Of a stretch of 64,000 nt of DNA, positions 46,201 through 55,417 are shown piece after piece. The notes beneath the pieces were generated by a model. That model was not told the origin of the DNA. It did no database searches and saw only the letters and a list, made by a program, of their open reading frames with translations. The DNA comes from Dechloromonas sp. (lineage in GTDB: Bacteria > Pseudomonadota > Gammaproteobacteria > Burkholderiales > Rhodocyclaceae), in contig JAQUAX010000015.1 in the NCBI GenBank assembly GCA_028687035.1, positions 949 to 64,948 of the forward strand, in the 5' to 3' direction. Numbering within the stretch: the stretch's first letter is position 1; each line of letters opens with the position of its first letter. Position numbers and translations under genes: made by a program.

Positions 46201-47085
46201 GTGCAAAAAATCCTGATCGTCGGCAGCGGGGACGTCGCCCGCCGCATCCTCTCCCGTCTCGCCCACCGCGCCCGCGTCTACGCCTTGCTGCGCGATCCGG
46301 GCCGCGCCGCGGACTGGCGGTCGGCCGGCGCGACGCCGGTGCTCGCCGACCTCGACGACCGGCGCTCGCTGACGCGGCTGGCCGGGCTGGCCGACAGCGT
46401 GCTGCACCTCGCGCCGCCGCCGAACGACGGGGCGCGCGATACGCGAACCCGGCACCTGCTGGCCGCGCTGGACAAGGTCAAAAGTCTACCACGGCACCTC
46501 GTATACGTAAGCACGACGGGGGTTTACGGCGATTGCGGGGGCGCCGCGATCGACGAGACCCGGCGCCTGAATCCGGAAAGCGCCCGGGCGGGGCGGCGCG
46601 TTGATGCCGAACGCGCGCTGCGCGACTGGGGCGCCCGCCGCGGCGTCGCCGTCAGCATCCTGCGCGCGCCCGGCATCTACGCGGCCGACCGCCTGCCGTT
46701 CGAGCGCCTGCAAAAAGGCCTGCCGGCGCTGGTCGACCGCGACGACGCCTACACCAACCACATCCACGCCGACGACCTGGCCGCCGCCTGCATCGCCGCG
46801 CTGCGCCGCGGCCGGGCCAATCGCGCCTACAATGTCGTCGATGATTCCGGGCTGAAGATGGGCGACTACTTCGACCGCGTCGCCGATGCCTTCGGCCTGC
46901 CGCGGCCGCCGCGCCTGACGCGGGAAGAGGCGGCTGGCCGCCTGTCGCCGCTGCAGATGTCCTTCATGCGGGAGTCGCGGCGCATCGGCAACCGGCGCCT
47001 GAAAACAGAATTAAAACTAAGCCTCGCCTACCCGACGGTGGACGCCGGGATTGCCGGGGCGCGCTCTAGGAGAAACGCATGCTGA
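46201..47085 (+). CDS. NAD-dependent epimerase/dehydratase-type (atypical SDR) protein
   Basis: Rossmann start (V)QKILIVGSGDVARR at GTG 46201; an alternative start is ATG 46177. The YVSTTGVYG motif is present. Confidence 0.65.
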   Translation: MQKILIVGSGDVARRILSRLAHRARVYALLRDPGRAADWRSAGATPVLADLDDRRSLTRLAGLADSVLHLAPPPNDGARDTRTRHLLAALDKVKSLPRHLVYVSTTGVYGDCGGAAIDETRRLNPESARAGRRVDAERALRDWGARRGVAVSILRAPGIYAADRLPFERLQKGLPALVDRDDAYTNHIHADDLAAACIAALRRGRANRAYNVVDDSGLKMGDYFDRVADAFGLPRPPRLTREEAAGRLSPLQMSFMRESRRIGNRRLKTELKLSLAYPTVDAGIAGARSRRNAC

Positions 47086-47495
47086 TCGTCAAAGCGCTGC
47101 ACATTTCGCTGGTCGTCGCCTGGTTCGCCGGGCTGTTCTACCTGCCGCGCATTTTCGTCAACCTGGCCATGGTGCCGGCCGACAGCCCGGCCGAACACGA
47201 CCGCCTGCTGTTGATGGCGGGCAAGCTGTTCAAGTTCATGACGCCGCTCGGCATCCTCGCCGTGCTGCTCGGCCTGTGGCTGTGGTTCGGCTTCGGCTTC
47301 GCCGGCGGCTGGCTGCATGCGAAGACCTTCCTGGTCGCCCTGCTGGTTGCGTACCACGTGCATTGCGGTATCGTGCTCAAGCGCTTCCAGCGCGGCGCCA
47401 ATGCCCGCAGCCACGTGTGGTTCCGTTTCTACAACGAGATGCCGGTGCTGGTGCTGTTCGCCGTCGTCTTCCTCGCCGTCCTCAAGCCTTTCTGA
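47079..47495 (+). CDS. hemJ: Protoporphyrinogen IX oxidase HemJ
   Basis: 138 aa with 4 TM helices. N-terminus MLIVKALHISLVVAWFAGLFYLPRIFV is characteristic of the HemJ/UPF0093 family. Confidence 0.8.
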   Translation: MLIVKALHISLVVAWFAGLFYLPRIFVNLAMVPADSPAEHDRLLLMAGKLFKFMTPLGILAVLLGLWLWFGFGFAGGWLHAKTFLVALLVAYHVHCGIVLKRFQRGANARSHVWFRFYNEMPVLVLFAVVFLAVLKPF

Positions 47496-47497
47496 CT

Positions 47498-48640
47498 ATG
47501 AACAATTATTTCGCCATCTGCCCGCGCGGGCTCGAAGAACTGCTGCTCGACGAACTGCGCGGCGTCGGCGCCGAAGACCTGCGGTCGACGGCCGGCGGCG
47601 TGTTCTTTTCCGGCGACTGGGCCGTCTGCTACCGGGCCAACCTCGAGTCGCGCATCGCGACGCGCATCCTGTGGCACATCGTCAAGGGGCCGTACGAGAA
47701 GGAAGAGGACATCTACCGGCTGGCCGTCCGCCAGCTGTGGCCCAACCATTTCGCGGTCAGCTGCACGATGCGCGTCGTCACGACGGGGATCAAGTGTCCG
47801 CTGAAGTCGCTCGACTTCGTCACGCTGCGCGTCAAGGATGCCGTCTGCGACCGCTTCCGCGAGGACCTCGGCGAGCGCCCGAACATCGACACGCGCAACC
47901 CGGACGTCGGCATTCACGTCTTCCTGACCGACCGGGAATGCACGCTCTACCTCGACACCTCCGGCCAGCCGCTGTGGCAGCGCGGTTTCCGCAAGGCCAG
48001 CGTGGAGGCCCCGCTGAAGGAGAACCTGGCGGCCGGCATCCTGAAAATGACCGGCTGGCAGCCCGGCATGCCGCTGGTCGACCCGATGTGCGGCAGCGGC
48101 ACCTTCCTGCTCGAAGCCGTGCAGGTCGCGCTCGACCGCGCGCCCGGCCTCGACCGGACCTTCGCGTTCGAGCGCCTGAAGCGCTTTGCGGCGCTCGAGT
48201 GGGCCAACATCCGCGCCGCCGCCGAGGCCCGCGTGAAGACCGTCGACCATCTGGACATCCGCGGCTGGGACATCGACGAGCGCGCCGTCCGCGCGACCCG
48301 GCGCAACCTGCAGGAAGCCGGTTTCGGCAACCTGGTCGCGGTCGACCGCGGCGACGTGCTGGATATCGAGCCGCCGGCCGACCACGGCATCCTGCTCGCC
48401 AACCCGCCCTACGGCGAACGCATCGGCGAACAGGACGAACTGGCGGCCTTCTACCCGGAGCTGGGCAGCGCGCTGAAGCGGCGCTGGGCCGGCTGGAATT
48501 GTTTCTTCTTCACCGCCGACCTGCGCCTGCCCAAGCTGGTCGGCCTGAAGCCGAGCCGCAAGACGCCGCTGTTCAACGGCCCGCTCGAGTGCCGGCTGTT
48601 CGAGATTCGCATGGTCGCGGGCAGCAACCGCAAGGCCTGA
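47498..48640 (+). CDS. THUMP-domain class I SAM-dependent RNA methyltransferase (RlmL N-terminal-half-like)
   Basis: N-terminus YFAICPRGLEELLLDELR..., SAM motif DPMCGSGTFLLEA and catalytic motif NPPYGERIG. Confidence 0.8.
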   Translation: MNNYFAICPRGLEELLLDELRGVGAEDLRSTAGGVFFSGDWAVCYRANLESRIATRILWHIVKGPYEKEEDIYRLAVRQLWPNHFAVSCTMRVVTTGIKCPLKSLDFVTLRVKDAVCDRFREDLGERPNIDTRNPDVGIHVFLTDRECTLYLDTSGQPLWQRGFRKASVEAPLKENLAAGILKMTGWQPGMPLVDPMCGSGTFLLEAVQVALDRAPGLDRTFAFERLKRFAALEWANIRAAAEARVKTVDHLDIRGWDIDERAVRATRRNLQEAGFGNLVAVDRGDVLDIEPPADHGILLANPPYGERIGEQDELAAFYPELGSALKRRWAGWNCFFFTADLRLPKLVGLKPSRKTPLFNGPLECRLFEIRMVAGSNRKA

Positions 48641-48730
48641 TCGCCGCGCGCAATTGATGTCGGTCAGAAGTTGTGGCCGCGCGGCGTGCGAGCATACCCA
48701 TTTTCAATAAGAAAAGTAGAGGAGAAGTCG

Positions 48731-50026
48731 ATGTCTGCAAGGGTTCAGTATCTGCAAAAGCGCATGGCGGCGGACGATGCGATCCGCGTCGTCCGGGATG
48801 GCGACACGGTCGTCGTCCCGACCGCGGTCGGCGAGCCGCCGTCGCTGCTGACGGCGCTGTCGGCGGCGCGGCGCGATTTCCGCAACGTCACCGTGTCGCA
48901 GATCCTGCCGGTCCGCAAGTACGATTACTTCGATCCGGAAACGGCCGAGCACATCCGCCACACCGCCTATTTCTTCAGCGGCGCGACGCGGGCCGGCGGC
49001 CAGCAGGGCTGGATCGACTTCATTCCGGCCTATTTCTCCGAACTGCCGATGCTGATCGACCGCGGCCTGACGCCGGCCGACGTGGTGTTCAGCATGGCCT
49101 CGCCGATGGACGAGCACGGCTTCTTCTCGCTGTCGCTGGGCGTCGACTACACGATGGCGGCGCTCGAGAAGGCGCGCGCCATCGTGCTCGAAGTCAATCC
49201 CAACGTTCCGTTCGCCAACGGCGACTGCCACATCCACATTTCGCAGGTCGCCGCGCTGGTCGAGAGCGAGGAGCCGCTGCTCGAGGTCGGCCTGCCGAAG
49301 ATCGGCCCGGTCCAGGAAGCGATCGGCAAGTACGTCGCCGACATGATCCCGGACGGCGCGACGCTGCAGATCGGCTACGGCGGCATTCCCGACGCCGTGG
49401 TCATGCAGCTGACCGACAAGCGCGACCTCGGCATCCACACCGAGATGGTCGGCGACGGCATCATGACGCTGGTCGAGGCCGGCGTCGTCACCAACCGCAA
49501 GAAGAACTACCACCACGGCAAGATGCTGGCGACCTTCGCGCTCGGCTCGAAGAAGCTGTACCAGTTCATGAACCGCAACCCGGCGCTCGAGATGCACCCG
49601 GTCGATTTCACCAACGACCCCTACCTGGCCGGCCAGAATGACAACCTGCACGCGATCAACGCGACGATGCAGATCGACTTCCTCGGCCAGTGCGGCTCGG
49701 AAAGCCTGGGCACGGCGCCGTATTCCGGGACCGGCGGCCAGGCCGACTTCGTCCGCGCAGCAAACCGCTCGAAGGGGGGCAAATCCTTCATCGTGCTGCC
49801 GTCGACCGCGAAGGACGACACGATCTCGCGCATCGTGCCGACGCTGGCTCAGGGCACGCACGTGACGACCAGCAAGAACGACGTCAATTACGTCGTCACC
49901 GAGTACGGCGTCGCCCAGTTGCGCGGCAAGACCGCCAAGCAGCGCTGCGCCGAGCTGATCGCCATCGCCCACCCGGATTTCCGCGGCGAACTGCGCGAAG
50001 CGGCGCGCAAGCTGAAGCTGCTCTAA
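48731..50026 (+). CDS. Acetyl-CoA hydrolase/transferase family protein (4-hydroxybutyrate CoA-transferase-like)
   Basis: Motifs LQIGYGGIPDAV, HTEMVGDG and GSGGQADF-like (GTGGQADFVRAA). SD AGAGGAGAA precedes ATG 48731. Confidence 0.8.
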   Translation: MSARVQYLQKRMAADDAIRVVRDGDTVVVPTAVGEPPSLLTALSAARRDFRNVTVSQILPVRKYDYFDPETAEHIRHTAYFFSGATRAGGQQGWIDFIPAYFSELPMLIDRGLTPADVVFSMASPMDEHGFFSLSLGVDYTMAALEKARAIVLEVNPNVPFANGDCHIHISQVAALVESEEPLLEVGLPKIGPVQEAIGKYVADMIPDGATLQIGYGGIPDAVVMQLTDKRDLGIHTEMVGDGIMTLVEAGVVTNRKKNYHHGKMLATFALGSKKLYQFMNRNPALEMHPVDFTNDPYLAGQNDNLHAINATMQIDFLGQCGSESLGTAPYSGTGGQADFVRAANRSKGGKSFIVLPSTAKDDTISRIVPTLAQGTHVTTSKNDVNYVVTEYGVAQLRGKTAKQRCAELIAIAHPDFRGELREAARKLKLL

Positions 50027-50066
50027 GCCGCTTACAAACGGTTGCAATTTGTCCCGCCCGGTCGGC

Positions 50067-50100
50067 CCGATGATCCGCTATCTTCAAAGCGGATCATCGG
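50067..50100 (+). other. 13-bp perfect inverted repeat (hairpin/operator)
   Basis: CCGATGATCCGCT (50067-50079) pairs with AGCGGATCATCGG (50088-50100) across an 8-nt loop. There is no U-tract. It lies 41 nt after the CoA-transferase stop and 17 nt before the next ATG. Confidence 0.5.
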
Positions 50101-50116
50101 CAGACCGGGTATTCCC

Positions 50117-50464
50117 ATGAAAAGCTACAAAATCCTGATCGCACTGCTCGTCGCGGCCCTGTCCGCCGGCAGCGCCTGGGCGCACCGCGGCCATTCCGGT
50201 GGCCGGGTCGGCGTCTATGTCGGCGTGCCGCTGTGGGGGCCGGTCTGGGGTCCGGGCTGGTATCCGCCGCCGTATTACTACCCGCCACAGGTCGTCGTCG
50301 TGCCGCCGTCGCCGCCGCCCGTCTACATCGAGCAGAATCCGGAGCCGGCCGTGCCGGAGGCGCAGCAGTACTGGTACTACTGCCCTGGCGCCAAGGGCTA
50401 CTATCCTTACGTCAAGGAATGCCCCGAGGGCTGGCGCAAGGTGCTGCCGAACCAGGAGAAATGA
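50117..50464 (+). CDS. Small exported Pro/Tyr-rich protein with C-terminal Cys motif
   Basis: Signal peptide MKSYKILIALLVAALSAGSAWA. The mature part is Pro/Tyr/Gly-rich and ends with YWYYCPGAKGYYPYVKECPEGWRKV. Confidence 0.6.
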   Translation: MKSYKILIALLVAALSAGSAWAHRGHSGGRVGVYVGVPLWGPVWGPGWYPPPYYYPPQVVVVPPSPPPVYIEQNPEPAVPEAQQYWYYCPGAKGYYPYVKECPEGWRKVLPNQEK

Positions 50465-50467
50465 GTC

Positions 50468-51001
50468 ATGAACGCGCGCTTTCCTTCGCTTTTCCGGGTC
50501 GCCGCCGCTTCCGGCGTCCTGTTGCTCGCCGCCTGCACGTCGTTGCCGACCGGCCCCAGCGTGATGGTGCTGCCGGGAACCGGGCAGAGCCTTGAGGCCT
50601 TCCGCAGCGACGATGCCTGGTGCCGCCAGTACGCCCTGGCGCAGATCGGCGGCCGCAGCGCCGAACAGGCGCAGCGCGAATCGGCCGTCAATAGCGCCGT
50701 CGTCGGTACCGTGATCGGTGCCGCCGCCGGCGCGGCGATCGGCGGCGACGGCCGCGGTGCGGCGATCGGCGCCGGTAGCGGCCTGCTGATCGGTAGCGCT
50801 TCCGGCTCCGACGCGGCGCGCGTATCCGGCGTTGGCACCCAGCGCCAGTACGACAACGCCTACGTCCAGTGCATGTACAGCAAGGGGCACCGGGTTCCGG
50901 TGCCGGGCAACGTCAGCTATTCGCGCCCGGTCCGGGCCGGCGACGCCGGCCTGCCGCCGCCGCCTCCGGGATCGCCGCCGCCCCCGCCGCCCGGGCGCTG
51001 A
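50468..51001 (+). CDS. Glycine-zipper lipoprotein
   Basis: Lipobox LLLAAC|T, a GxxxG-rich zipper (VVGTVIGAAAGAAIGGDGRGAAIGAGSGLLIGSASG) and a poly-Pro tail. It starts 3 nt after the previous gene. Confidence 0.65.
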   Translation: MNARFPSLFRVAAASGVLLLAACTSLPTGPSVMVLPGTGQSLEAFRSDDAWCRQYALAQIGGRSAEQAQRESAVNSAVVGTVIGAAAGAAIGGDGRGAAIGAGSGLLIGSASGSDAARVSGVGTQRQYDNAYVQCMYSKGHRVPVPGNVSYSRPVRAGDAGLPPPPPGSPPPPPPGR

Positions 51002-51078
51002 GCGAAATTTTCCGACCGCTGTCCAGGCCGGACGAATCCGCCTATGATGACGACACCATGTCGCCGGGCGGAGGAATC

Positions 51079-51516
51079 ATGAAAACACTGGCTTGCGGAC
51101 TCCTGTTGCTGGCCCTGCACGGGCCGGCGCTGGCGGCCGACGAGGGAATCGGCCACATCCAGACCCTGCAGGGCAGCGTCTGGATCGAGCGCGGCGGGCA
51201 ACGCCTGCCCGTTGCCCCGGGCACCGAGGTCCGGCGCGGCGACCTGATCCGCACCGGGATGCCCGGTGCCGTCGGCATCGTGCTCTCCGATCACAGCAGC
51301 GTCTCGCTCGGTTCGGGCAGCGAGCTCGCGATGGAAACTTACGATTTCGATCCCCGCGAGGGACGCTTCGCGCTGGTCATGCGCATGGTCAGGGGCAGTT
51401 TCGCCTACCTGTCCGGGCTGATCGGCAAGCTGTCGCCGGAGTCGATCCGGCTGAAGGTGCCCGATGCGACCATCGCGGTGCGCGGCACCAAGCTGCTGGT
51501 CGAGATTCCGGAATGA
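51079..51516 (+). CDS. FecR-domain periplasmic protein
   Basis: Signal peptide MKTLACGLLLLALHGPALA plus an all-beta FecR-like segment (GSVWIERGGQRLPVAPGTEVRRGDLIRTG...SVSLGSGSEL). SD GGAGGAA is present. Confidence 0.7.
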   Translation: MKTLACGLLLLALHGPALAADEGIGHIQTLQGSVWIERGGQRLPVAPGTEVRRGDLIRTGMPGAVGIVLSDHSSVSLGSGSELAMETYDFDPREGRFALVMRMVRGSFAYLSGLIGKLSPESIRLKVPDATIAVRGTKLLVEIPE

Positions 51517-51532
51517 CGCAGGGGAGGCCGTG

Positions 51533-52135
51533 ATGAATTCAGCGATGCGTTGTCTTGCGGCAGGCCTCGCCTGCGTGTTGCTCGCCGCCTGCGGCGGGCG
51601 GTCGTCGGTCGTGCTGGTGCCCGATCCCGACGGCCATGTCGGCTCGGCCGAGGTCAGTACCGCCGGCGGCAAGCAGGTGCTGGCGAAGTCCGGCGACATG
51701 ACGAAGGTGGCCGGGGGCGATGCCCCTCCAAGCGCCGTCTCGACCGCCGGGGCCGACTATCTGGCCCGGACCTTCGGCGAGGCGCTGGCGATCGAGCCGC
51801 CGCCGCCGGAAAAGTTCACGCTGTATTTCGAAACCGGAACCACGACACTGACCGCCGAATCGGCGCGGGCAGTGGCCGCGATCGTCGCGGCCAGCCATCG
51901 ACGGCGGGCGATCGGCATCGCCGTCAGCGGCCATACCGACACCGCCGGCTCGATCGCGCTGAACGAGCGCCTGGCCCGCGAGCGCGCCGAGTTCGTTCGG
52001 CAACTGCTGGTCGGTCAGGGAGCCGAATTCCGCCGGATGGCGGTGTCGTCGCACGGCAAGGGCAATCCGGCCGTACCGACGGCGGACGGCGTCGCCGAAC
52101 CGCGCAACCGCCGGGTCGAGGTCATCCTCCATTAG
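51533..52135 (+). CDS. OmpA-family peptidoglycan-binding lipoprotein
   Basis: Lipobox VLLAAC|GG and an OmpA C-terminal domain (VSGHTDTAGSIALNERLARERAEFVRQLL...NRRVEVIL). Confidence 0.8.
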   Translation: MNSAMRCLAAGLACVLLAACGGRSSVVLVPDPDGHVGSAEVSTAGGKQVLAKSGDMTKVAGGDAPPSAVSTAGADYLARTFGEALAIEPPPPEKFTLYFETGTTTLTAESARAVAAIVAASHRRRAIGIAVSGHTDTAGSIALNERLARERAEFVRQLLVGQGAEFRRMAVSSHGKGNPAVPTADGVAEPRNRRVEVILH

Positions 52136-52142
52136 GGCCGCC

Positions 52143-54167
52143 ATGTCGTCCATCCCGGGACAGGAGGCTGGGCGTTTCTTTCCCGGCCTGGGCGGACGGG
52201 GGGCGCTGCTGCTGGCCGGCTGGCTGCTGACCGCCGCTGTCGCGCTGCTGCAGGCCTTTGCACCGGCTCCGCTTCGGGAGGCACAGAACCGGCTGTACGA
52301 CCTGATGCTGGGCGCCCGGGAGCAGGCGGCGCTGTCTCCGGTGCCGGTACTGGTCGGGGTCGACGACGCCAGCCTGGCCAAATTCGGGCAGTGGCCGTGG
52401 CCCCGCTATCGCCTCGCGATGCTCGTCGACCGGCTGCAGCAGCGGGGCGCCGAAGTCGTCGCGCTGGATTTCCTGATGCCCGAGGCGGACCGCACGTCGC
52501 CCGGCATCATCCGCGCCGAGCGCCGGCGGGACCGGGCCGATCCGGGTGCGCTCCCGGGGGGCGAAGGCTCGGACGAGAACACCGCCCGGCTGGCCGACAG
52601 CCTGCGCCGGGGCAAGGCGGCGCTCGGGTACTACCTCGATTTTTCCGCAGCGCCGCCGCGGCGCGTCGAACAGCCGCCGCCGGCCCTGCCGACCGGGACC
52701 GTGCTGCGCAGCGAGGCGTCCGACCTCGCCCGGCCGCTGGCCCGCGGCGAACTGCGCAGCCACCCACAGCTGGCCGCCGCCGCGGCCGCCGAAGGCTTCA
52801 CCAACGCGTTGCACGACACGGACGGCACGCTGCGCCGCGTGCCGCTGCTGCTGCCGGCCGCCGGCGACGAGCGGGTGTCGCTGGCGCTGGCCGCGCTGAT
52901 GCTGAGTACCGGCGAGCGGCAGCTGGAACTGCTCGCCGACGGGGGCGAACGCGCGTTGGCATGGAACGGCCGGCGGATTCCGCTGGATGCGGCAGGCAAC
53001 CTGCTGGTCGATTTCCGCAGCGGCTCGCCGGCCTTTCCCTATCTGTCGGCCGGCGGGGTGCTGCACGATGCGCCCGGACAGCGCGACCTAGCCGGGCGCA
53101 TCGTGTTCGTCGGCGCCTGGGCGAAAGGCCTGGGCGACCTGCACCGGACCCCGTCGGGCCGGCTGCTGAACGGCGTCGAGGTCCATGCGACGGTGGTCGA
53201 CAACCTGCTGTCCGGCAGTTTCGTGACCCGCCCCGCGTGGGCGCCGGCCGTCGAGCTGCTCGCGCTGGTGCTGATCGGCGCCGGGCTGACCTGGGTGCTC
53301 AGCCGGGCCGGGTTCCGTCTGTCGCTGCTCGCCGTGCTGGCGGTCGGCGCCGGCTGTTACTGGGGAGCGCGGCAGTTGCTGGTCGCGAGCGGAATCTACC
53401 TGTCGCCGCTGTTGCCGATGCTGCTGCCCGTCGCGATCTCGACGGTGCTCAGCCTGCTGAAATACGGACTGGAAGCGCGCAAGGTCCGCCTGCGCACGCG
53501 CGACCTGCTCGAGGCGCAGGACACGATCATCATCGGCATGTCGGCGCTGGCCGAGGCCCGCGACAAGGAGACCGGCCACCACCTGCTGCGCACCCGGCGC
53601 TACGTCGAACTGCTCGCCCGCCAGTTGAGCCGGACGCCGAAATACGCGCATCTGCAGCCGCACGACATCGAACTGATGGCCAAGTCGGCGCCGCTGCACG
53701 ATATCGGCAAGGTCGGCATCCCGGACAGCATCCTGCACAAGCCGGGCAAGCTGTCGCCCGAAGAGTATGGCGTCATGCAGCAGCATCCGCTGATCGGTGC
53801 CGATGCGCTGACCCGAGTCGTCGTCGGCACGGGGCATCCGGAAAAGCACGCCTTCCTGGATTACGCGAAGCAGATGATCGAGTCCCACCACGAGCGCTGG
53901 GACGGCAGCGGCTATCCGCACCGCTTGTGCGGCGACGCGATTCCGCTGCCCGGCCGCCTGATGGCGCTGGCCGACGTGTACGACGCGCTGGTCAGCCGGC
54001 GCGTCTACAAGCAGGGCATGAGCCACGCCGACGTCCGCGATTTCATCGTGCAGGCGTCGGGCAGCCATTTCGATCCGGACGTCGTCGCCGCCTTTCTGGC
54101 GACCGAGGGCGAATTCGCCGACATCGCGCAGCGCTACGCCGATCCGCCGGAGCCGGCTGCGGCCTGA
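52143..54167 (+). CDS. CHASE2 sensor domain - HD-GYP c-di-GMP phosphodiesterase
   Basis: N-terminal TM plus a CHASE2-like periplasmic region (VLVGVDDASLAKFGQWPWPR...), then 3 TM helices. The HD-GYP domain has an intact LHDIGKVGIP and HHERWDGSGYP. Confidence 0.8.
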   Translation: MSSIPGQEAGRFFPGLGGRGALLLAGWLLTAAVALLQAFAPAPLREAQNRLYDLMLGAREQAALSPVPVLVGVDDASLAKFGQWPWPRYRLAMLVDRLQQRGAEVVALDFLMPEADRTSPGIIRAERRRDRADPGALPGGEGSDENTARLADSLRRGKAALGYYLDFSAAPPRRVEQPPPALPTGTVLRSEASDLARPLARGELRSHPQLAAAAAAEGFTNALHDTDGTLRRVPLLLPAAGDERVSLALAALMLSTGERQLELLADGGERALAWNGRRIPLDAAGNLLVDFRSGSPAFPYLSAGGVLHDAPGQRDLAGRIVFVGAWAKGLGDLHRTPSGRLLNGVEVHATVVDNLLSGSFVTRPAWAPAVELLALVLIGAGLTWVLSRAGFRLSLLAVLAVGAGCYWGARQLLVASGIYLSPLLPMLLPVAISTVLSLLKYGLEARKVRLRTRDLLEAQDTIIIGMSALAEARDKETGHHLLRTRRYVELLARQLSRTPKYAHLQPHDIELMAKSAPLHDIGKVGIPDSILHKPGKLSPEEYGVMQQHPLIGADALTRVVVGTGHPEKHAFLDYAKQMIESHHERWDGSGYPHRLCGDAIPLPGRLMALADVYDALVSRRVYKQGMSHADVRDFIVQASGSHFDPDVVAAFLATEGEFADIAQRYADPPEPAAA

Positions 54168-54228
54168 CGCGGTGGACGGCCGCCGGCGCGGGTTTTTCGG
54201 GGCGGATTCCGGGCTTTCCGGCGGGAGG

Positions 54229-55293
54229 CTATTCCTTGCCGAGCCGGTATTCGCCCGGGCGGGCGCCGGTCCATTTCTTGAAGGCGCGGCGGAAGGCGCT
54301 GGTTTCGGTGAAACCCAGCGTTTCGGCAATCGCGGCCATGTTCAGCTCGCTTTCGCTGAGCATCGTGATTGCCAGGTCCTTGCGCAGTTCGTCGAGAATC
54401 GAGCGGTAGGTGCTGCCTTCTTCGTCGAGCCGGCGGCGCAGCGTCGCCGTCGAGGTATGGAATTGCCCGGCCAGCGTCCCGAAGTCGGGCCAGGCCCCCG
54501 GCGGGAGTTCGCGCAGGCGGCGCCGGATCTGCGCGGCGAGACCGCTGCTGTTGCGGTACTTGACCAGGAAGTTGGCCGGCGCGCGGCGCAGGAATTCCTT
54601 CATCGTCCGCTCGTTCTGCAGGTTCGGCAGCGCCAGGCAGTCGGCCGCGAAGGCGATGCCGGAATTTTCCTGGTCGAAGCGCAGTTCCTGCGCGAACAGC
54701 ACGCGCCACTCGTCGCTGAAAGCCGGCTCGGCGCAGCGGAACGCCGCGTAGTGCAGCGGGATGCGGCGGCCGATCAGCCAGCAGGCGAGGCCGTGCAGCA
54801 TCATCAGGTAGGTGCCGTAGGCGAAGGCCCGCTTCGGCGGCACCGGACCCGGGGCGCCGGGGGGCGCCTTGTCGCGGATGACCAGGCGGGCCTCGCCGCC
54901 GTCGATCTGCAATTCCCCCTCGAGATCGTCGATGACCAGGCGCAGGAAGCGCAGTGCGCGGCGCAGCGCGCGTTCCAGCGTGTCGGCGTGGATCAGCGAA
55001 TGGCAGAGCAGCGTGAAGCTGCCGGCCGGCATGCGGTGGCTGTCGAGGCCGAAGAATTCGTCGTCGATCGCCTGCGCGATGCCGTGCCAGAGCAGGCCGT
55101 AATTGACCGAGGAGACCCGCGCCTGCGGCGAGCCCAGCAGTTCCGGGGAGATGCCGGCATTTTGCAGCAGCGACCGTTCGTCGAGGCCTCGCCCGCGGAT
55201 GCATTGCAGCGCCTCGTTGACGAAGGCGATGGCGATGGTTCCCTTGGCGGTGGTCGTGTTGTCCAGGCCGCCGGCCGGTCGGGGCGAATGCAT
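54229..55293 (-). CDS. AraC family transcriptional regulator with N-terminal ligand-binding-like domain
   Basis: It is a paralog of 2631..3698, sharing RFLRLV, LHGL-CWL-GR and RRL-EEGS--R. The C-terminus has a double HTH. ATG 55293 is preferred over the GTG at 55311. Confidence 0.8.
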   Translation of the reverse strand: MHSPRPAGGLDNTTTAKGTIAIAFVNEALQCIRGRGLDERSLLQNAGISPELLGSPQARVSSVNYGLLWHGIAQAIDDEFFGLDSHRMPAGSFTLLCHSLIHADTLERALRRALRFLRLVIDDLEGELQIDGGEARLVIRDKAPPGAPGPVPPKRAFAYGTYLMMLHGLACWLIGRRIPLHYAAFRCAEPAFSDEWRVLFAQELRFDQENSGIAFAADCLALPNLQNERTMKEFLRRAPANFLVKYRNSSGLAAQIRRRLRELPPGAWPDFGTLAGQFHTSTATLRRRLDEEGSTYRSILDELRKDLAITMLSESELNMAAIAETLGFTETSAFRRAFKKWTGARPGEYRLGKE

Positions 55294-55417
55294 GGGGACC
55301 GATTTTATCACTCAGATTGAGCGATTCAGTCACTGATGCCCACCCCCGGCTTCCCCTAACATGCTGGCCGAATTTCATTTTTGTTTCATCGGATTCCAGT
55401 CCAGGAGGAGAGCGATC

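Noticed and set aside
55312-55417. Possible direct repeats (TCACTCAGAT / TCACTGAT) as AraC half-sites in the araC/SDR divergent region.
   Set aside because: The repeats are short and imperfect, so they are too weak to call without a motif model or comparative data.
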